A stretch of 64,000 bases of DNA. Source: Paraspadella gotoi (taxonomy: Eukaryota > Animalia > Chaetognatha). Shown piece by piece: positions 1 through 12,949 of this stretch. A model generated the notes under the pieces. The model was given only the letters and a program-made list of their open reading frames with translations, was not told where the DNA came from and did no database searches. The translations under genes and the position numbers were made by a program. The stretch covers positions 11,447,130-11,511,129 of the forward strand of contig CM119263.1 in assembly GCA_051294375.1 (NCBI GenBank), read 5' to 3'. Within the stretch, counting starts at the first letter, position 1; each line of letters begins with the position of its first letter.

Positions 1-322
1 TTTTTTTTTGTACTTTTGTACTCTCCATAATGAAAATACAAATAATACTTAAAATTTGAATTCTATTTTTTAGCTTGGAATAATGTAAAACAACATTTTG
101 CTCAAACTTGTTTTTATTAAATCCGCCAAATCTTCTGATATATTTCATTTCCTTTTCCTTTTTTTTAAACATGATTTAAATTATCAAAAACCTTTTCATT
201 ATGTTTTATTTATAAAGTTTTCATTTGAAACAGTACATTTTAAATTTTTTACACACGTAATTCAAATTAATGTAAAACTTTGTTTGAATTAAGAAAAAAA
301 TTAACCTTAAATTCGAAAATTT

Positions 323-499
323 TCAGACCTGATCGCATCTGACGAGTCCACTGGCGTCGCAGGTGACGCACTTTAGCTTGACGTAGTCTGCCGTTTTGAC
401 GTGACGGATGTAGTTCTTGGTCGTACCGCAGCAGCGCGGACAGGGGACGTATTTGAGGCCGGCGCAGGCCTGGCAGTTGTCGGCACGGGGATCGATTTT
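323..499 (-). CDS. GRXCR1: GRXCR-like exon: cysteine-rich C-terminal domain
   Basis: Acceptor CAG (plus-strand ctg 500-502), phase 0. Encodes KIDPRADNCQACAGLKYVPCPRCCGTTKNYIRHVKTADYVKLKCVTCDASGLVRCDQ(V*). May end at 329 via donor CAG|GTCTGA. Confidence 0.9.
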   Translation of the reverse strand, partial: KIDPRADNCQACAGLKYVPCPRCCGTTKNYIRHVKTADYVKLKCVTCDASGLVRCDQV

Positions 500-3400
500 C
501 TGGTAATTGGAGAGCAAGGAATTGTCAATGAAGAAATATTTCTGCATGTACATTGTACGTGATTGTTTATGAAAGAATGTATTATCGAAATAAACTGTTA
601 GCTCACTTGAAAACAAAATTCTGACCTTAAAATGCCTGAGGATTTTCCTCAGCTGACCAGTCTCGTTAAGCTGCTCAATCTGTTCGCAGGAGCCGAAGTG
701 CTCTCCGTCGATGAAGATCTGAGGCAGAGCGGGGAGGCCGTCCTCGAAGCCCAAACGGTCCTTCAATTGAAGCTGAGAGACATCGAAGACGCGTTCGTTA
801 AAAAAATGGGTTCGTAAAAACATTTATAAGAAATGTTGTTTTTTAAATACTGTACTCTCTCATACTTAAACATGTCTTTTAGTTTTACTACCTCCGGAAT
901 TAAATAATTTAACATGACTAAACTACGCACTTGATAGAACTCAATTTTCACCCCAGCCTCTCCTTAAATGAAACCCAACACCCCCCTCCACGGAAAAGTC
1001 ACGCCCTCGTTTGGATCAAACTCAATTAATTTCCGCCTCCCGGCCTCCGCCTTCTTCGAACCGGCGCCGCTTGCCCCTCGTCAATCTTCGCGGCGTCGAA
1101 CCTGAACGCGTCGATTGTGGAACGTGTCGCGCTCGTCGTAGGCGACCAGGTGCGTTTGAAGGATATTACGGGCGCGTTGACACCGATCGTACGTCTCTCG
1201 GATGATGCGCATAGACGTCACGTACAACACGACCATGCCCCGCTCTCGTAGGATGAATGGTTTCTAAAGGGAAAATAGATTTTTCATTCGTTAGCATGTT
1301 TTGATTTCTCCTTTTTTTATTTTGCTTTTTGTTTTTGTTTCATTTTATTGTTTATTTTAATTGTTATTTCTTTATATATTCTTCTATTTTCTTTGTTATA
1401 AATATTTATTTCATTTGATTTATATCGACGGGTTTTTTGTTTTGTTTTTTTTTCCCTTTCTTTCTTCCTTTGATTTTTTTTCTCTTTGCTTTTCATTCTT
1501 CTTTTTTCTTTCTTTCTTTCTTTTATTTACGTATTCTTTTATTTTTTGTTTCTTTCATTTCTTTGAAGGTCTAGGTTGAAACAACAGGTGGATAAGCGAG
1601 TTTAGCCTCGCGAATTTGTTTTCGATTTTAGGATTAGGACAAAAAAAAATCTAAAGCCGAGTTCTTATTCCTTCTTTCTTCCCAAGTCTCTCAGCGGCGA
1701 AAGGAAAAAAGGAAAAGTTAAAAAAAAATTGGACTCTCATTTTTATTATTTTTTTTCGCTCGAGAATTAGAGAAGACTTTTCTTTGCTTGACAAAAAGTC
1801 GAACGCCTTTGACAAATTCCAGGAGCGAGGCAACCAACTATCGCGATAAACACGGATGTAAAAATTTTTAAAAAAAGTTGTGAAAATCCTAAAATGGGAA
1901 AAATGTATTATAAAATGCGGCTGCAAGGGCAAAAGTTTCTCCAAACTGTTTGTTTAACACTAACCCCAAAATATTGATTATTAACATCTTACGGTTTAGA
2001 CATTGAAACTAAATTTTAATAAACTTACGTAGAATTAACTAAAGATAAACTTATCAGAAAATACTCGGAGCGAAAGCTAGTTCTGGACATCGAGGTATAT
2101 TTAAAAAATAAATTGAAATATAAAGAAAATAAAAAATAGGAAAAAAAACTCGTGAAAAAAAAAAGGAGTAAGTAAGGAAAAAATATTTCCGACTCATTTG
2201 TTTCTCTTTGTACTTCGCCATTCCGAGCCAAAGGCTAATTGCCTCGTCTGACTTCCAACTCTCATTGATTGAAAACTTTAAGTGGACAATGAACTAATTC
2301 GCCAATCGTCTGGTGGAATTTGGAAAAGAAGACAAATCTCCAAACAAAAAAAAAAAGAATTTAAAAAAAGCGAGCTGCTGGAAAAGGTCGAATCAACGGA
2401 TGATTTCTCCCGCTGGAAATTTTCCATCTACGAGGGTGGGATTGTAAATCCTGACGACTTTCTTCCTGTTTTGATATTTTTTCCCCCGCAATTTTATAAA
2501 ATACAAATAAGTATCGCTCAGTAGATTAAAATAACTTTTTATTTATGCTTCCATTATGATTTTACCTTCTGCTCGCCTCTTTCTTTTACCTGCATTTGAG
2601 ACGCATTTTTCGACATCAAAATCAAGTGCAGCGACAATTAAGATCAACGGGAATAACATTAACAACCGAAATAAAGGCGAGAACTCACGTTGGTCCACGT
2701 GTGCTCGTGAAAGGTGACGACGCCGACCTTGACGCGATTCTTGACCCCGCGGACTGTCCCTTTGGAGGATTTGATGCAGCGGTCTTCGAAGGCCTCCTCG
2801 GCGCAGCAGGCGATGAGGTCGCGGGTTCCGGCGAAGGCGTCGTCCCCGCCTGCGACGGCCCGTCCGACGCCGGAACGCCCCAAGTCCGCCAACTCGTTCA
2901 GATGGAACGTCGGCTTCTTTTTCGCGCAGGCCGAGGAGGCGGAAGCGGGAGAGGCGGGGCTGGTGGAATTGAGGGCGTCGGAGCGATCGGGGGAAGGAGC
3001 GGAGGCGGCGTCGGGATCTGCGACCAGTTCTAAGCGAAGAGCCAAGGGAGAAGGGAGGTTGGGGCGAGCGGTCGCGGGATGGAACGACGACGAGGACGAC
3101 GACGACGACGACGACGACGTCGACTCGGGAATAGAGCAGAGATTAGAAGGCGCTCGGTGAGTCTCTTTTGACTTCTGTTGGGTTAAGGACGACGACGATG
3201 ACGACGACGACGACGAAAGGATTCGTCCATTTGTTTGCCTTAGGTTTATTTGTTGTCCGAATTTGAAAGGAACGCGGGGCTGAGAGATGGAGTCTCCCTT
3301 TCGCGAGTTGGAAATTCTTAGGAGAAAAAATAAATGGAACTTACGATGAGCGAGCGGGCAAAAGAATTGATGGGTCAACGTGCCCGGGTAGATACGAGCC

Positions 3401-6400
3401 TGGTTGCATTCTTGACTGGGCGCATACGTTACTGGGTGCATGCATGACTGGGTGTATGCGTTACTGGGCGCTTACGTTACTGGGTGTATGCTTTACTGCC
3501 TGTATGTGTTACTGGGTGCGTGAAAGGTACGAGAAAGGTGCAAGTTATGTAAGTTCCCGGGCATTAGACCAAATTTCCTAAGCCTGTGACAATTAGGTAA
3601 TTATGATCTAATTTCAAATCCTATAAACTAGTTATTTATAGCTTGTCACAATGGGAAATTAATTTTTTTCTTTCATTACAAACTGTTTGAACTAAAAATG
3701 TAATATTTGGCGCTAATCACATCCAGAAGGGGAAAAAAAGCCGGAGAATCATTGGACTTTTTTGGCAAATTTATAAAAGAGTTTTACGATTTGGATTTGA
3801 TTTAGAATTTGATAAATTCTTGGCTCCAAAACAATAGGAAACGAAAGAGAATAGAGCCGCCAAATTTTATTCGATGTCGTGGCCAAACACCGTCCCATCC
3901 ATATTTTTTCCCTCAAAAATTGAAAAGATTCCAAAATGTATAAACTATAATCTAAAAAAAAAATTTAAGGTTCATTGCCATATTTTCTTTTCTATGAATT
4001 TTTTTCGGGAGTTATCTCTCTTTTGTTATACCTTTGCCGAATCGCGTCTTCCGTTACTTCTCTCTTGTTGACTTCTCGGTCATTGATTCCCTTTTGTTCG
4101 AAATCCTCGGTTTTCTCGGCGTTCGTAAAATCCTTTTCGTTCGTTTCTTTCCAGACGGTTGGCGTCGCCGGCGAATACGTTTGACTCTCAACTCGAGCCG
4201 CATCTGTGGATGCAGGTGGAGGAATTTAAATTTTAAAAGCAAAACTGGGAGGAAATACTTGGATGGTTGGGGGGGGGGTCGTGTGGGGAGGCTCGTGGGG
4301 AGCGACCAAGAGGATTCGATGTTGACAAAGTTATGTCAAGTTTGATATGTCAGGAAAAAAAAGGAAATCTTATCCTCATATATGTTTTCGTTAAGTCTAA
4401 TACAATCTTCTATATTGTTCCATCCGACTTTTTGCCAATTCTTCTAAAAAATTCATCTTTTTGCTTCTGTCAGTCGGACTGACGAATGTCTTTCCTTTTC
4501 TTCTTCTTTGTCTTTGCATGACTATTTGTAAATTGCTTGAGGGAGTTTTTTGTCATCGAATTACACTATGCTATAAAACGCTTGACTATACACAATGACC
4601 CAAGCTTATTGATTGAAAATGAAAATGATATGTCGAATTGTGATTACGTAGATCTTACCGTTTTTTTGTTGTTTTTTTTTTATATTTTATATTTTAATAA
4701 TCGTTTTAATCTCCATTCTTATTTGTAAAATTTGAAACGAAAAATAATATTTAAAACTTAAACGGCAATATTAAAATTAATAATTAATCAGTATATATAA
4801 TTATATATTATATATTGTATTATATTACATATAAACGAATTAAAATAATTTTATCGCTTTCTTGTAATCTGAGCACTCCATTTTCGTCTTCACTTCAACT
4901 TGGTTATTTTTTTCCCCCTTTTTTTTTCAACTCATTAGTTTGTTTTTCATTTTTATTCTGTAGTTTTCGTCTGCGGCGTATTTTGTTCCCTTTCTCGAGT
5001 TAGCGACTCTCCCCTTTCCCTCTTTCTTTTACATCGTCACCCAAAATTGACTTACTTTTTCGTTGATTCTCGAATTTAGAACGAATAAGCGATTTAGACA
5101 TTTTTTTTTAAAAAGAAAGATACGACGACGTCTCTTCCCCGTCAAATTTTCTCATCCGTTCTTTATTTTTTTTTTGTTGTTGTAAACTTTTTATAATTTT
5201 TTTTACTTTTACAATTTTTTCGATTTTCTTTTATTTTTCTTTCTGCTATCGGCGTAATTACATAAAGGGAAGGCCCGAGAGATAAAAAAATTGTATCACT
5301 ATCAAACTATCTCAAATGATATGACCCGCCCGACCTTTCAATACACTGCTCAATGAAACCTGTTTAAAAGTCTTGGGTAGTGTCACTTAATTTCATGAAG
5401 TGTGTTCCTTATATGATATATTGGGTTTTTATTTATAATTTATTCGCTCTGGAATATGATATGTGATGAGACCTGACCTACCATTTAATTCTTCCATGGC
5501 CGATTGTTTCGCTTTCAATTCGTGTAAAAAGCCGCCGCCGCTAGCGCCGCCAGCGCCGCCAGCGCCGCTCTTGCGCACAGTCGACGTCGACTCTTTCGCC
5601 TGTTTGTGTCCCGCGATCGACGACGAAATGAGACGAGGCGGCGAGCTGCGGGTGGCGTCATCGCCGTCTCGTTTTGCACCCGCCGAGGGCGTGGCTGACA
5701 AAGTCTTTTCCAAGAAAGGCGTCGACGACGCCGGTTTTGATTCCTCTGCGCCATCTACCTCTGGCTCTGTTTCCTTCACCTCCTCCGCCGACCTTAGCTG
5801 CTCTTTAGTTTTTGTTTTGTTCGATTTTAGTTCCTCGTACTCCCGCTTGGCGACGAGGGAGCTGCCGCGAGAAATTACGGAGTCGGCGTCGCCCGTGACT
5901 GTCGTCGTCCTCGTCGTCGTCGTGTTCGGCCAAAAGAGAATCACGAAGATGTGGCCGAACATCGGAGATTGAGTCCTGATTTGTCAGAATGGAATTTAAA
6001 ACACATATTACAATTTTTATTAGTATTATTTTTCATAATATATGGACAATACTATAAAAAGTTTCAAAGCCAAATCGTCTTTGGTTAATTATCTAAAAAA
6101 AGAAAAGAAAAAGAAAGAAAAAAATAAAAGAAAAGAAATAAAAAATAAAAAAAGACAACCATAAAGAGGAGGGACAAGTCACGAGAAGAAAAAGCATGTC
6201 ATTAAAAAGTTGTGTCTCAACAAAGATTCGATTTTCAAGTGACATCATCGAATTTCGATATTCCGATGCAGGAAAAGAATTATACGAGAAAATTAAATTG
6301 GAAAAAAAAATCTCGTATTCAGCGCCGAATTGTAATTGGGCGTAATTGGTTGGAAAATGTTTCTCGCAATAGTCAATTGGGGTTAAATTTGGGTCTACAA

Positions 6401-9400
6401 TTCTCAACCAATCAACGAAAAACTTTCAATCGCATCGTACATATGAGAATTAAGGAAAAAAATGGATAAAGATATATTATCTGCAAAAGAATTCAAAAGG
6501 ATAATAAAACAAAAGTGTAGAAAATTCATAAAGAAAAGAGAGAAAAGATAATTAAAAATTCCTCGATCCGCCATCCAAATGAAAGGAAAAGGGTTCATTA
6601 TTTAATCTGGATCTTTTTCTTTTTATTCTTTTTTTCTTTTTTTTCAAAAAAAAAAAAAAAATTCATCTGAAGATGAAAGATGGGAAAAAGTTTGGCTTGA
6701 GAGGAGAGGGAGAAAGGATGAGTGTAAGAGGGAACGAAAGGGATGGAATGGTGAGTAATGGAGAAGTGGGTAGAGAGAATGAGTGGAACAAAAAGTGAAC
6801 GGAAAGAGAAAAGATGCGGAAAAGAAGGTGGGCAGGGGTGAGAGAAAAAAAAAGGTGAGTGAGAAAGAAAAAGCGGGCCAGTTCAAAAGGAGAAGATGGA
6901 ATTTGGCGCCAGGGACATTGAAGACTTCCTCGTCGGATGGTTAAGAGAAGGCAATGAGCAATGGATGAAGTAGAAAAGGCAATCAGTGAGACTTAAGTCG
7001 ATCGCAGTCAGGAAATGAAGTGATTTTCAAAATTAGAAACACCGAAGTAGCCATTCAGTCATCGGAAGAATAGATTGCTGCTGATTTCCTAAATATTTAA
7101 AACATGAAATATATTTTGGGCTGTTCCGTGCCTCGAAAGCTTAAACCGAAATAACAATAGGAGTAAAATTAAAAATCTAAAAATCTAAAATAAGCAATCC
7201 GTCTCTTAACATAAAAGCTAAGAGTTAAACAAAAGGCTAAAAAAAAAAATCAACAAAAGTCAAACAAAAATTACCTGTTCATCGAATTCTGGCATTCTAT
7301 GCCCAGCGCTTTGCTCTCCTCCCCATTGGTTCTTCCCGCCGTTTTCCCCCTCAGGAGCTTCTGTTTAGAACAAAGGGTTTGGTGGGAATCGTGATTTTTT
7401 TCACTCATTCTATTATTATATTATTCATTATTTTATGAAATTGGTACAACCAATATATTATTATTATTATATTTATTATTGTTATTATTATTATTATTAT
7501 TATTATTAATTTATTCTTATCATATTTTAAAATTAATTTTTTCCAAAGAATTTTGACCGAAGATGACATATAGCGTAAGTACCATAATTAAAATAAATGT
7601 AAGTCGCCCGAAGCCCCAAGTGACAGGTCTACTGATTGCCAACCCATCTGACCATTTATTTTTTCTGAACCCCCCCCCCGTCCACCCCAATTATCTTTAT
7701 TAGTTTCCGTCCGCTCGACGTAAATTTTTTCCTTCCAAACTTCGGCCCTAACATTTTTTGTTGCGTTATCTTTCCTCCTTTTTTCCACGTTTCGAAACCC
7801 GTTATCTTTTCCAACCAGACATGAGTTTTAACCTCATCGGTTTTATGATTTTAATAAAATGGCACAAACACACCCACAACTGCCCCCGTCCCCCCCCTCG
7901 TGCTGAGACACATTAGACACAGACTCAAACATCGAGGAACCCTGGTTTCCGACCAGAGAGAGCGAAGGAGCAAAGAGAATCGACGTCGGTGACGGGAGGC
8001 GCGCCCACGTCGCTTCCCAAATTGGCGTCGGCGTCGCTTCCGGTGTGAAGGTCGCTTCCGTAGGTGGAGTCCACCTCCAGCGGATCTTCGTCCTCCACGT
8101 CGAACGCCATGTTCACCTCCTGAAGGATTATGAAGAAAATTTAATGAAGGTATTTATTTATATTTGCATTTGTGTAATGTGTATTTGATATTTTATTTTA
8201 TCTTTATTTTGTTTTTTAAAACGTTTTTAAGGTTTTTAGGTGACCTATGAATGTGTAATTTTTATTTACTCATAACTAAAATGACCTGAATGTCTGTGAT
8301 GCCTCTCCCCTCTGGGTTCGTCGAGCTTCTTCTCGCCAAAATTTCTTGCAACAATTCTCGTTTAAGAATTTCGCTGGGCGAAGTGTGATTTCGGCGGGCG
8401 CTTAGCGGAAGCAATGAATCAGAAGATAAACAGTTTGTAAAAATTAAAAATTAAATATGTACACGGACAGAAATTTCTATTAATTATTGCAACAATATTT
8501 GGGTAAAGAAATAGATATATTTTGGAAAGTGGAGCAATAAATAAAATAAATAATAAGTAAATAAAATAAGTAAAATATTTGGTTTGAACGGTGGGATAGT
8601 GTATGCACGCTAACGTAACTTTGGGCACAATGATATCTACATTATATTTTCTTGTAGATTGTTTTTCTCAAGAACCCAATTTTGAAAATATTGTTGTTGA
8701 CCTCCGTTCCAAATTTTTAAATTTTTTGCTCGCTTATTTTATTATTTATACTTGGCTGACAATAAAATTATACTATTTTGGCTTTCAATTGTCTGCAAGT
8801 AGTACTACTGTTTCATCTGTTTATATATTTATAATTTTATTATTGGAAACCTCCTTTTTTGAAGAGATTGGCTTTTTTTAGACCGTCTGTATCCCCTATA
8901 CTCTTTTTCATTTTTAAAGTTTGCTTCAAAGGAGTATGCAAATGTTTATTCGGAATCATTTTATAAACAGACCCCTTCCGCTCTCTCGAAAAAAAGGCCT
9001 CTTCCGAAGAAATCTGTTGTGAAAAGCGTGTTTATGAATGTAAACAATTGTATTCGCAAAAAGTACGTCCGTTTCATTCTTGGCACGAGAAGAGGAATCC
9101 CCTAACACTTTGGAGAAGGAGCGGGAATTAGTTGGACCCCTTCGCCGGTTTTTATATGTAACATTCGACAAAATTAGCGTACTTATCTATGTAATACATA
9201 CTTTTACTTTCTTTTATAAAAGCACAAAAACATAAAGTTGAGTATAAATTTGAGCCATAATTTTAAAAAACTACAAAAACAAAAAAAAATTCAACGTTGG
9301 CGGGTCTGGGATCTGCCAGCCTCGACCGCAAATCCTCTTAAGTTTTTTTATAAATGGTATCGACCAATAAAAAGTAAACAAACTGGTTGGATTCGATTGA

Positions 9401-10161
9401 AACAACAAAAAACTTTTTAAAAAAAATTATAAAAAACAAATATTTCTCACTTTTCTCTACCTAGGCAGCGTGGAAAGGGTGTAAGGTGACAATTTTTCCG
9501 TCGTCGTCGTCGTCGTCGTCGCTGGAGTCACTGACGTCGCTTTCTTCGTCGTCGCCGTCGCGTCAGGAATGTTTAGCCCAGAATTTTTGCTTTTATCCGT
9601 CGCTATTGTTGTTGTTGTTTTTGTCGACATTTTTTCCGTCTTTTTCTCCCCGGCCGGAATGACGTCATCCTGAGGCGCTCCCGCGTTGATGGAAGCGCCG
9701 GGGGCGACGGCGCCGTCTGGCGCCTGGGAGAGTTGATCGTTCTTCGAAGGGCGTCTTCTCGGAGACTCGGCGGGCGAAGAGGAGGGAGAGGGATTGGGCG
9801 TCAGCGGAGGGTTAGGGAGACGCCGACCGAAACATGGCACCGAGTTGGTGGACGTCAGCACTTTGGGTCCACGTCGAGCCGGGTTCTTAGGCGTCGTTGG
9901 CGGAGAGTGAGAAATTGTCACGCAGCCGCCGCCGCCGTCCGACTTTTGCCGATTGAAGGGAACGCCCATACCGGTTCCGTCGCCGAGAGGAACGCCCCTT
10001 GGCGCGGCGAGGGAAACGTCGGTGTCCGCGGCGAAGAAGGAGAGCGAGTCGGCGTCGAGGGAGCAAACAGTGGGAGAGGCGGCGCCGTTATCGAAACCGG
10101 CGGCGCCAATGACGCCGGGACTGACGCCGGGGCGAACGCCGTGCGGCGAATGAAAGGACAT
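323..10161 (-). CDS. GRXCR1: Multi-exon glutaredoxin domain-containing cysteine-rich protein (GRXCR1 / CG31559 family); gene span
   Basis: Manual splicing with GT-AG introns and matching phases joins exons 4032-4203, 2689-3316, 1102-1263, 626-772 and 323/329-499. The product is ...KSSKGTVRGVKNRVKVGVVTF...VVLYVTSMRIIRETYDRCQRARNILQTHLVAYDERD...LPQIFIDGEHFGSCEQIEQLNETGQLRKIL...CQACAGLKYVPCPRCCGT...LKCVTCDASGLVRC, the GRX-like domain plus CxxC zinc-finger tail typical of GRXCR proteins. The symbol is a family-level call; 5' exons are less certain. Confidence 0.9.
626..772 (-). CDS. GRXCR1: GRXCR-like exon: C-terminal half of glutaredoxin-like domain
   Basis: tctctcag|...AAG|gtcaga, 147 nt, phase 0/0. 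Encodes LQLKDRLGFEDGLPALPQIFIDGEHFGSCEQIEQLNETGQLRKILRHFK, including the glutaredoxin LPQIFIDG motif. Confidence 0.92.
1102..1263 (-). CDS. GRXCR1: GRXCR-like exon: N-terminal half of glutaredoxin-like domain (not in the ORF track)
   Basis: ttttccctttag|...CAG|gttcga, 162 nt, phase 0/0. Encodes KPFILRERGMVVLYVTSMRIIRETYDRCQRARNILQTHLVAYDERDTFHNRRVQ, matching the GRXCR VVxYxTSxRxxRxTxxRC pattern. Confidence 0.92.
2689..3316 (-). CDS. GRXCR1: GRXCR-like exon: Ser-rich region ending in GTVRGVKNRV motif
   Basis: Lies within ORF 2659-3441. Acceptor ttttttctcctaag|, donor AAC|gtgagt, phase 2/0, consistent with both neighbouring exons. Confidence 0.85.
3411..3522. repeat. Intronic minisatellite, ~16-bp unit GTTACTGGGTGTATGC, about 7 degenerate copies
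   Basis: Tandem copies visible directly (…gactgggcgcatac gttactgggtgcatgc atgactgggtgtatgc gttactgggcgcttac gttactgggtgtatgc…). Confidence 0.85.
4032..4203 (-). CDS. GRXCR-like exon, charged linker
   Basis: atccacag|...AAG|gtataa, 172 nt, phase 1/2, open frame (D)AARVESQTYSPATPTVWKETNEKDFTNAEKTEDFEQKGINDREVNKREVTEDAIRQ(R). Phases fit both flanking exons. Confidence 0.75.
5482..5975 (-). CDS. Probable GRXCR-like upstream exon (low complexity, charged)
   Basis: GC-rich block in an AT-rich background with aatcag| acceptor and ATG|gtaggt phase-1 donor fitting the next exon. ORF 5429-5962 covers most of it. The reading frame of the first ~80 nt is ambiguous. Confidence 0.65.
7275..7360 (-). CDS. 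Probable small upstream exon of the GRXCR-like gene
   Basis: ttctaaacag|...CAG|gtaatt, 86 nt, open in both frames compatible with neighbouring exons. Confidence 0.55.
7954..8119 (-). CDS. Probable upstream acidic exon of the GRXCR-like gene
   Basis: aatccttcag| acceptor. Encodes EVNMAFDVEDEDPLEVDSTYGSDLHTGSDADANLGSDVGAPPVTDVDSLCSFALS. Donor is either CTG|gtcgga (7954) or GAT|gtttga (7931). Confidence 0.6.
9461..10161 (-). CDS. Probable 5' coding exon (Pro/Ser/Thr-rich) of the GRXCR-like gene
   Basis: 234-aa GC-rich ORF on the same strand ending at a TAG|gtagag donor. Its phase (2) does not match the next candidate exon (0), so an indel error or a missed exon is implied. Confidence 0.5.
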
Positions 10162-10596
10162 AGTCTATTTTTCTCTTTGTTTTTGTGATGTGCAGGATTA
10201 TCTAAAAGAAACAATTATAAATCTTTATGACGAAATTGAATTTGACATAAATTTTATGGATGATATCAATATTTATAATTGTATTGTTTGTTGGTTTTTT
10301 TTGTTTTTTTTTCTTGGTTAAAGAAATTTATCGAGAGTTTAAAATGGGTGACCGTTAATTCAGATGGAGTTAGTTTTATAGATTTATAATTATATATCTT
10401 ATACTACTTAATAGAAAAAAGAATGAAATATTTAAACGGTAATAGACCCCAACAAACAAAATGATATAATCCTTTAAAATTGAAAAAATGCATGTGAACG
10501 AAAAAATATTAAAGTTTTTAAAAACCGATGCCGAAAATTGAAAAAGAACTTCTCTGCTAACTGCGGTTTTTATTGCGACGAAAAAAGGATGGAAAA

Positions 10597-10702
<106 letters not shown>

Positions 10703-12949
10703 GCTGTCCCAATATATTCCAGAATTCTTCCCAATAAGATGCTGCTTAGAAAAATATATTAGTTAAATAGAGATAGAATTATTATTAAAAAAAGAAAGAT
10801 ATATAAATAAAAAAAGAAAGACAGAAACAGACGAAGAGAGATAGAAAAAAAAAACCAGCATTTACACTTTATCTCTCTTTCAATTTACTTAACATAAGGT
10901 CTTCACTCTCTCTCTCTGTCTCTCTCTTCCAATATCGAACCGGGAGAGAGAGCAAACAAGTCAGACTTGCTCGGGCATCTTGGGTTCCGATTGGGTGGGG
11001 AAAGATTAACTCTAGGACTGGAATAAAAAAAAAGAAAAAACAAAACAAAAAAAAAACGAAAAACCAAAATGGGGGAAAAAGGAGGGAGGGGGAAAAGAGA
11101 GGAACTTCCCGCCAAATTCTCGTTTCAATCTTCGACTTTCGATGAGATCGAAGCTCGGAGTTTCGAAATGAAAGGTGGTCTCGTCGTGAGAGGTCCTCTT
11201 AATCTCCTCTTAGGATGTCGAAGGAATTTCACAAATAAAAGGGGGAAAAACGACTTCGTTGTTCCGACTTTCTTCATATTCAACGAATAGAAATTTGAGT
11301 TTTCTATTTCATTTCTTTTTTTTATCAATTTCTTCGTTTAATTGAGAAATATTAGTAGGAAGGCGTTGTTGTCGTTCGAATTGTAGTGACGTAATGTTTT
11401 TTTTCTGATTATTTCTGAAAAGATAAAAAAAAAGTTTTTATTAAAACATTAAACAATCAAAATAAATGCAGCATATGAGAAAATAGTTTACAGGAGAAAA
11501 TATTTGTCAAGTTACTTAAAACGAAAATATCCAAATGATGGTTAAGACCGAATCTTTCACGCCGACTGAGGGACATGGAGATCTCAACTCCTCAGAATAA
11601 CTTTTTTTTATTTTTCGCTTTTAATTTTCTTTTATTTCAAAATATTTGACTCATCTAAAATTTTGAAAATGATTGTAGTAAAAAATGAATGTTAAAATTG
11701 ATCTCCGCCATCGCCGCCTTCGTATATACATTGCCGCAACGACCGCCACCGCCACCAACACCGCCTCTGCTCATGCCGCCGCCGACTTCGCCGCCAAAGC
11801 AACCAACTCAAAAATAAAAAAAGAATTTTCCTTCAAACTAGTGAAGAATAAGAAAGCCCCAGAAAATCCCGGAAGGATAAAGAAAAGATGAACCGTGAGA
11901 TGAACGACGGCAATCATTCCGTCGTCCGTTCCTGGCGGTTTCCCCGCCGTCGTCCGTCCTGAAGCGGCGATCGTCCGTCGAGTCCCGCTGTCCGTCCATT
12001 GTGGAAACAGTGTTTCCAAAAGGTTTGCTGTTGTTGTGTTAATTTCTCGACAGGTTGTCCTTGTAAATTCGCTCGGACTCAGCCACTGCACTGTTGTAGT
12101 AAGTGGCCTAGTCTTGAAGTAATAAGCTCGGCCATCAGCCCCATTGAGTCATTTTTTTTGTTGGCTTGTTGTTTTTGTTTTTTTTGTTCTGTACTAGTGC
12201 ATCAAATATTGAAAAAGAATAGAAATCCCCAGATAACTTTGCATAAACTATCTGAATCTGCTTTTAAAAATAAAAATTTCCTAAAGTAAAATTGTATTTT
12301 CCTATCTATAAATAAATATTTAAAAAATTAAATAGCTAGTGCTTCTAGTCCTAGTATGAAAATTTTGGTCCATGGAAAGTTTTCTCGAGAAATTATGAAG
12401 TTCTCATTGGAAAGTCCAATCAAACTTCTGACGCATCCCTCTATCATGACTAATAAGATCTGATCCTACTAACGATCATGAAATGTTTGCGACTGCGGCG
12501 TGCGCCTCTGCCTATCCCTGGCCTATCTCTCTCATCCCCATGACCTCTCGTCCACGAACTTACCCCGCGTCAAAACGAGATCCTCCGTCGAACCGACTGT
12601 CTCTCGATATTTGTCGATCGACGAAACTTCGCTTCTCCAGGATCTCGATGTCAATCGCCAAGTCCGCACGTCGCACGGGAAACCTTCATGCTCTCCACGC
12701 CTCCAATAGTTTCGTCGACAAAAGAGGTCGTGTCTTATAATATAATCTCTCCTAGCTAACTCTGTACCCAGGACTGCGCAACTTCTGCGTGTGTTTTTTT
12801 GTAATCGCGGGTATCTGGCCGGCTTTTCGATGTCCTGCTCCTCGGAGGGGTCAGGCATTTACGTAGTACTGATAAGAAATCACTATAGAATTTATGCAAC
12901 AGTCCTGCGGTTGCCTGATGATGACCCATTGGTGGATGGGGATCTCACT

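Noticed and set aside
323-325. Terminal TGA of the GRXCR-like frame as selenocysteine
   Set aside because: It would give CxxxU rather than CxxC/U spacing, the downstream AT-rich sequence shows no SECIS-like stem, and a splice donor explains the missing Cys more simply.
2596-3160. Plus-strand ORFs of 145-148 aa (also 5463-5972, 9733-10188)
   Set aside because: They are antisense shadows of GC-rich minus-strand exons.
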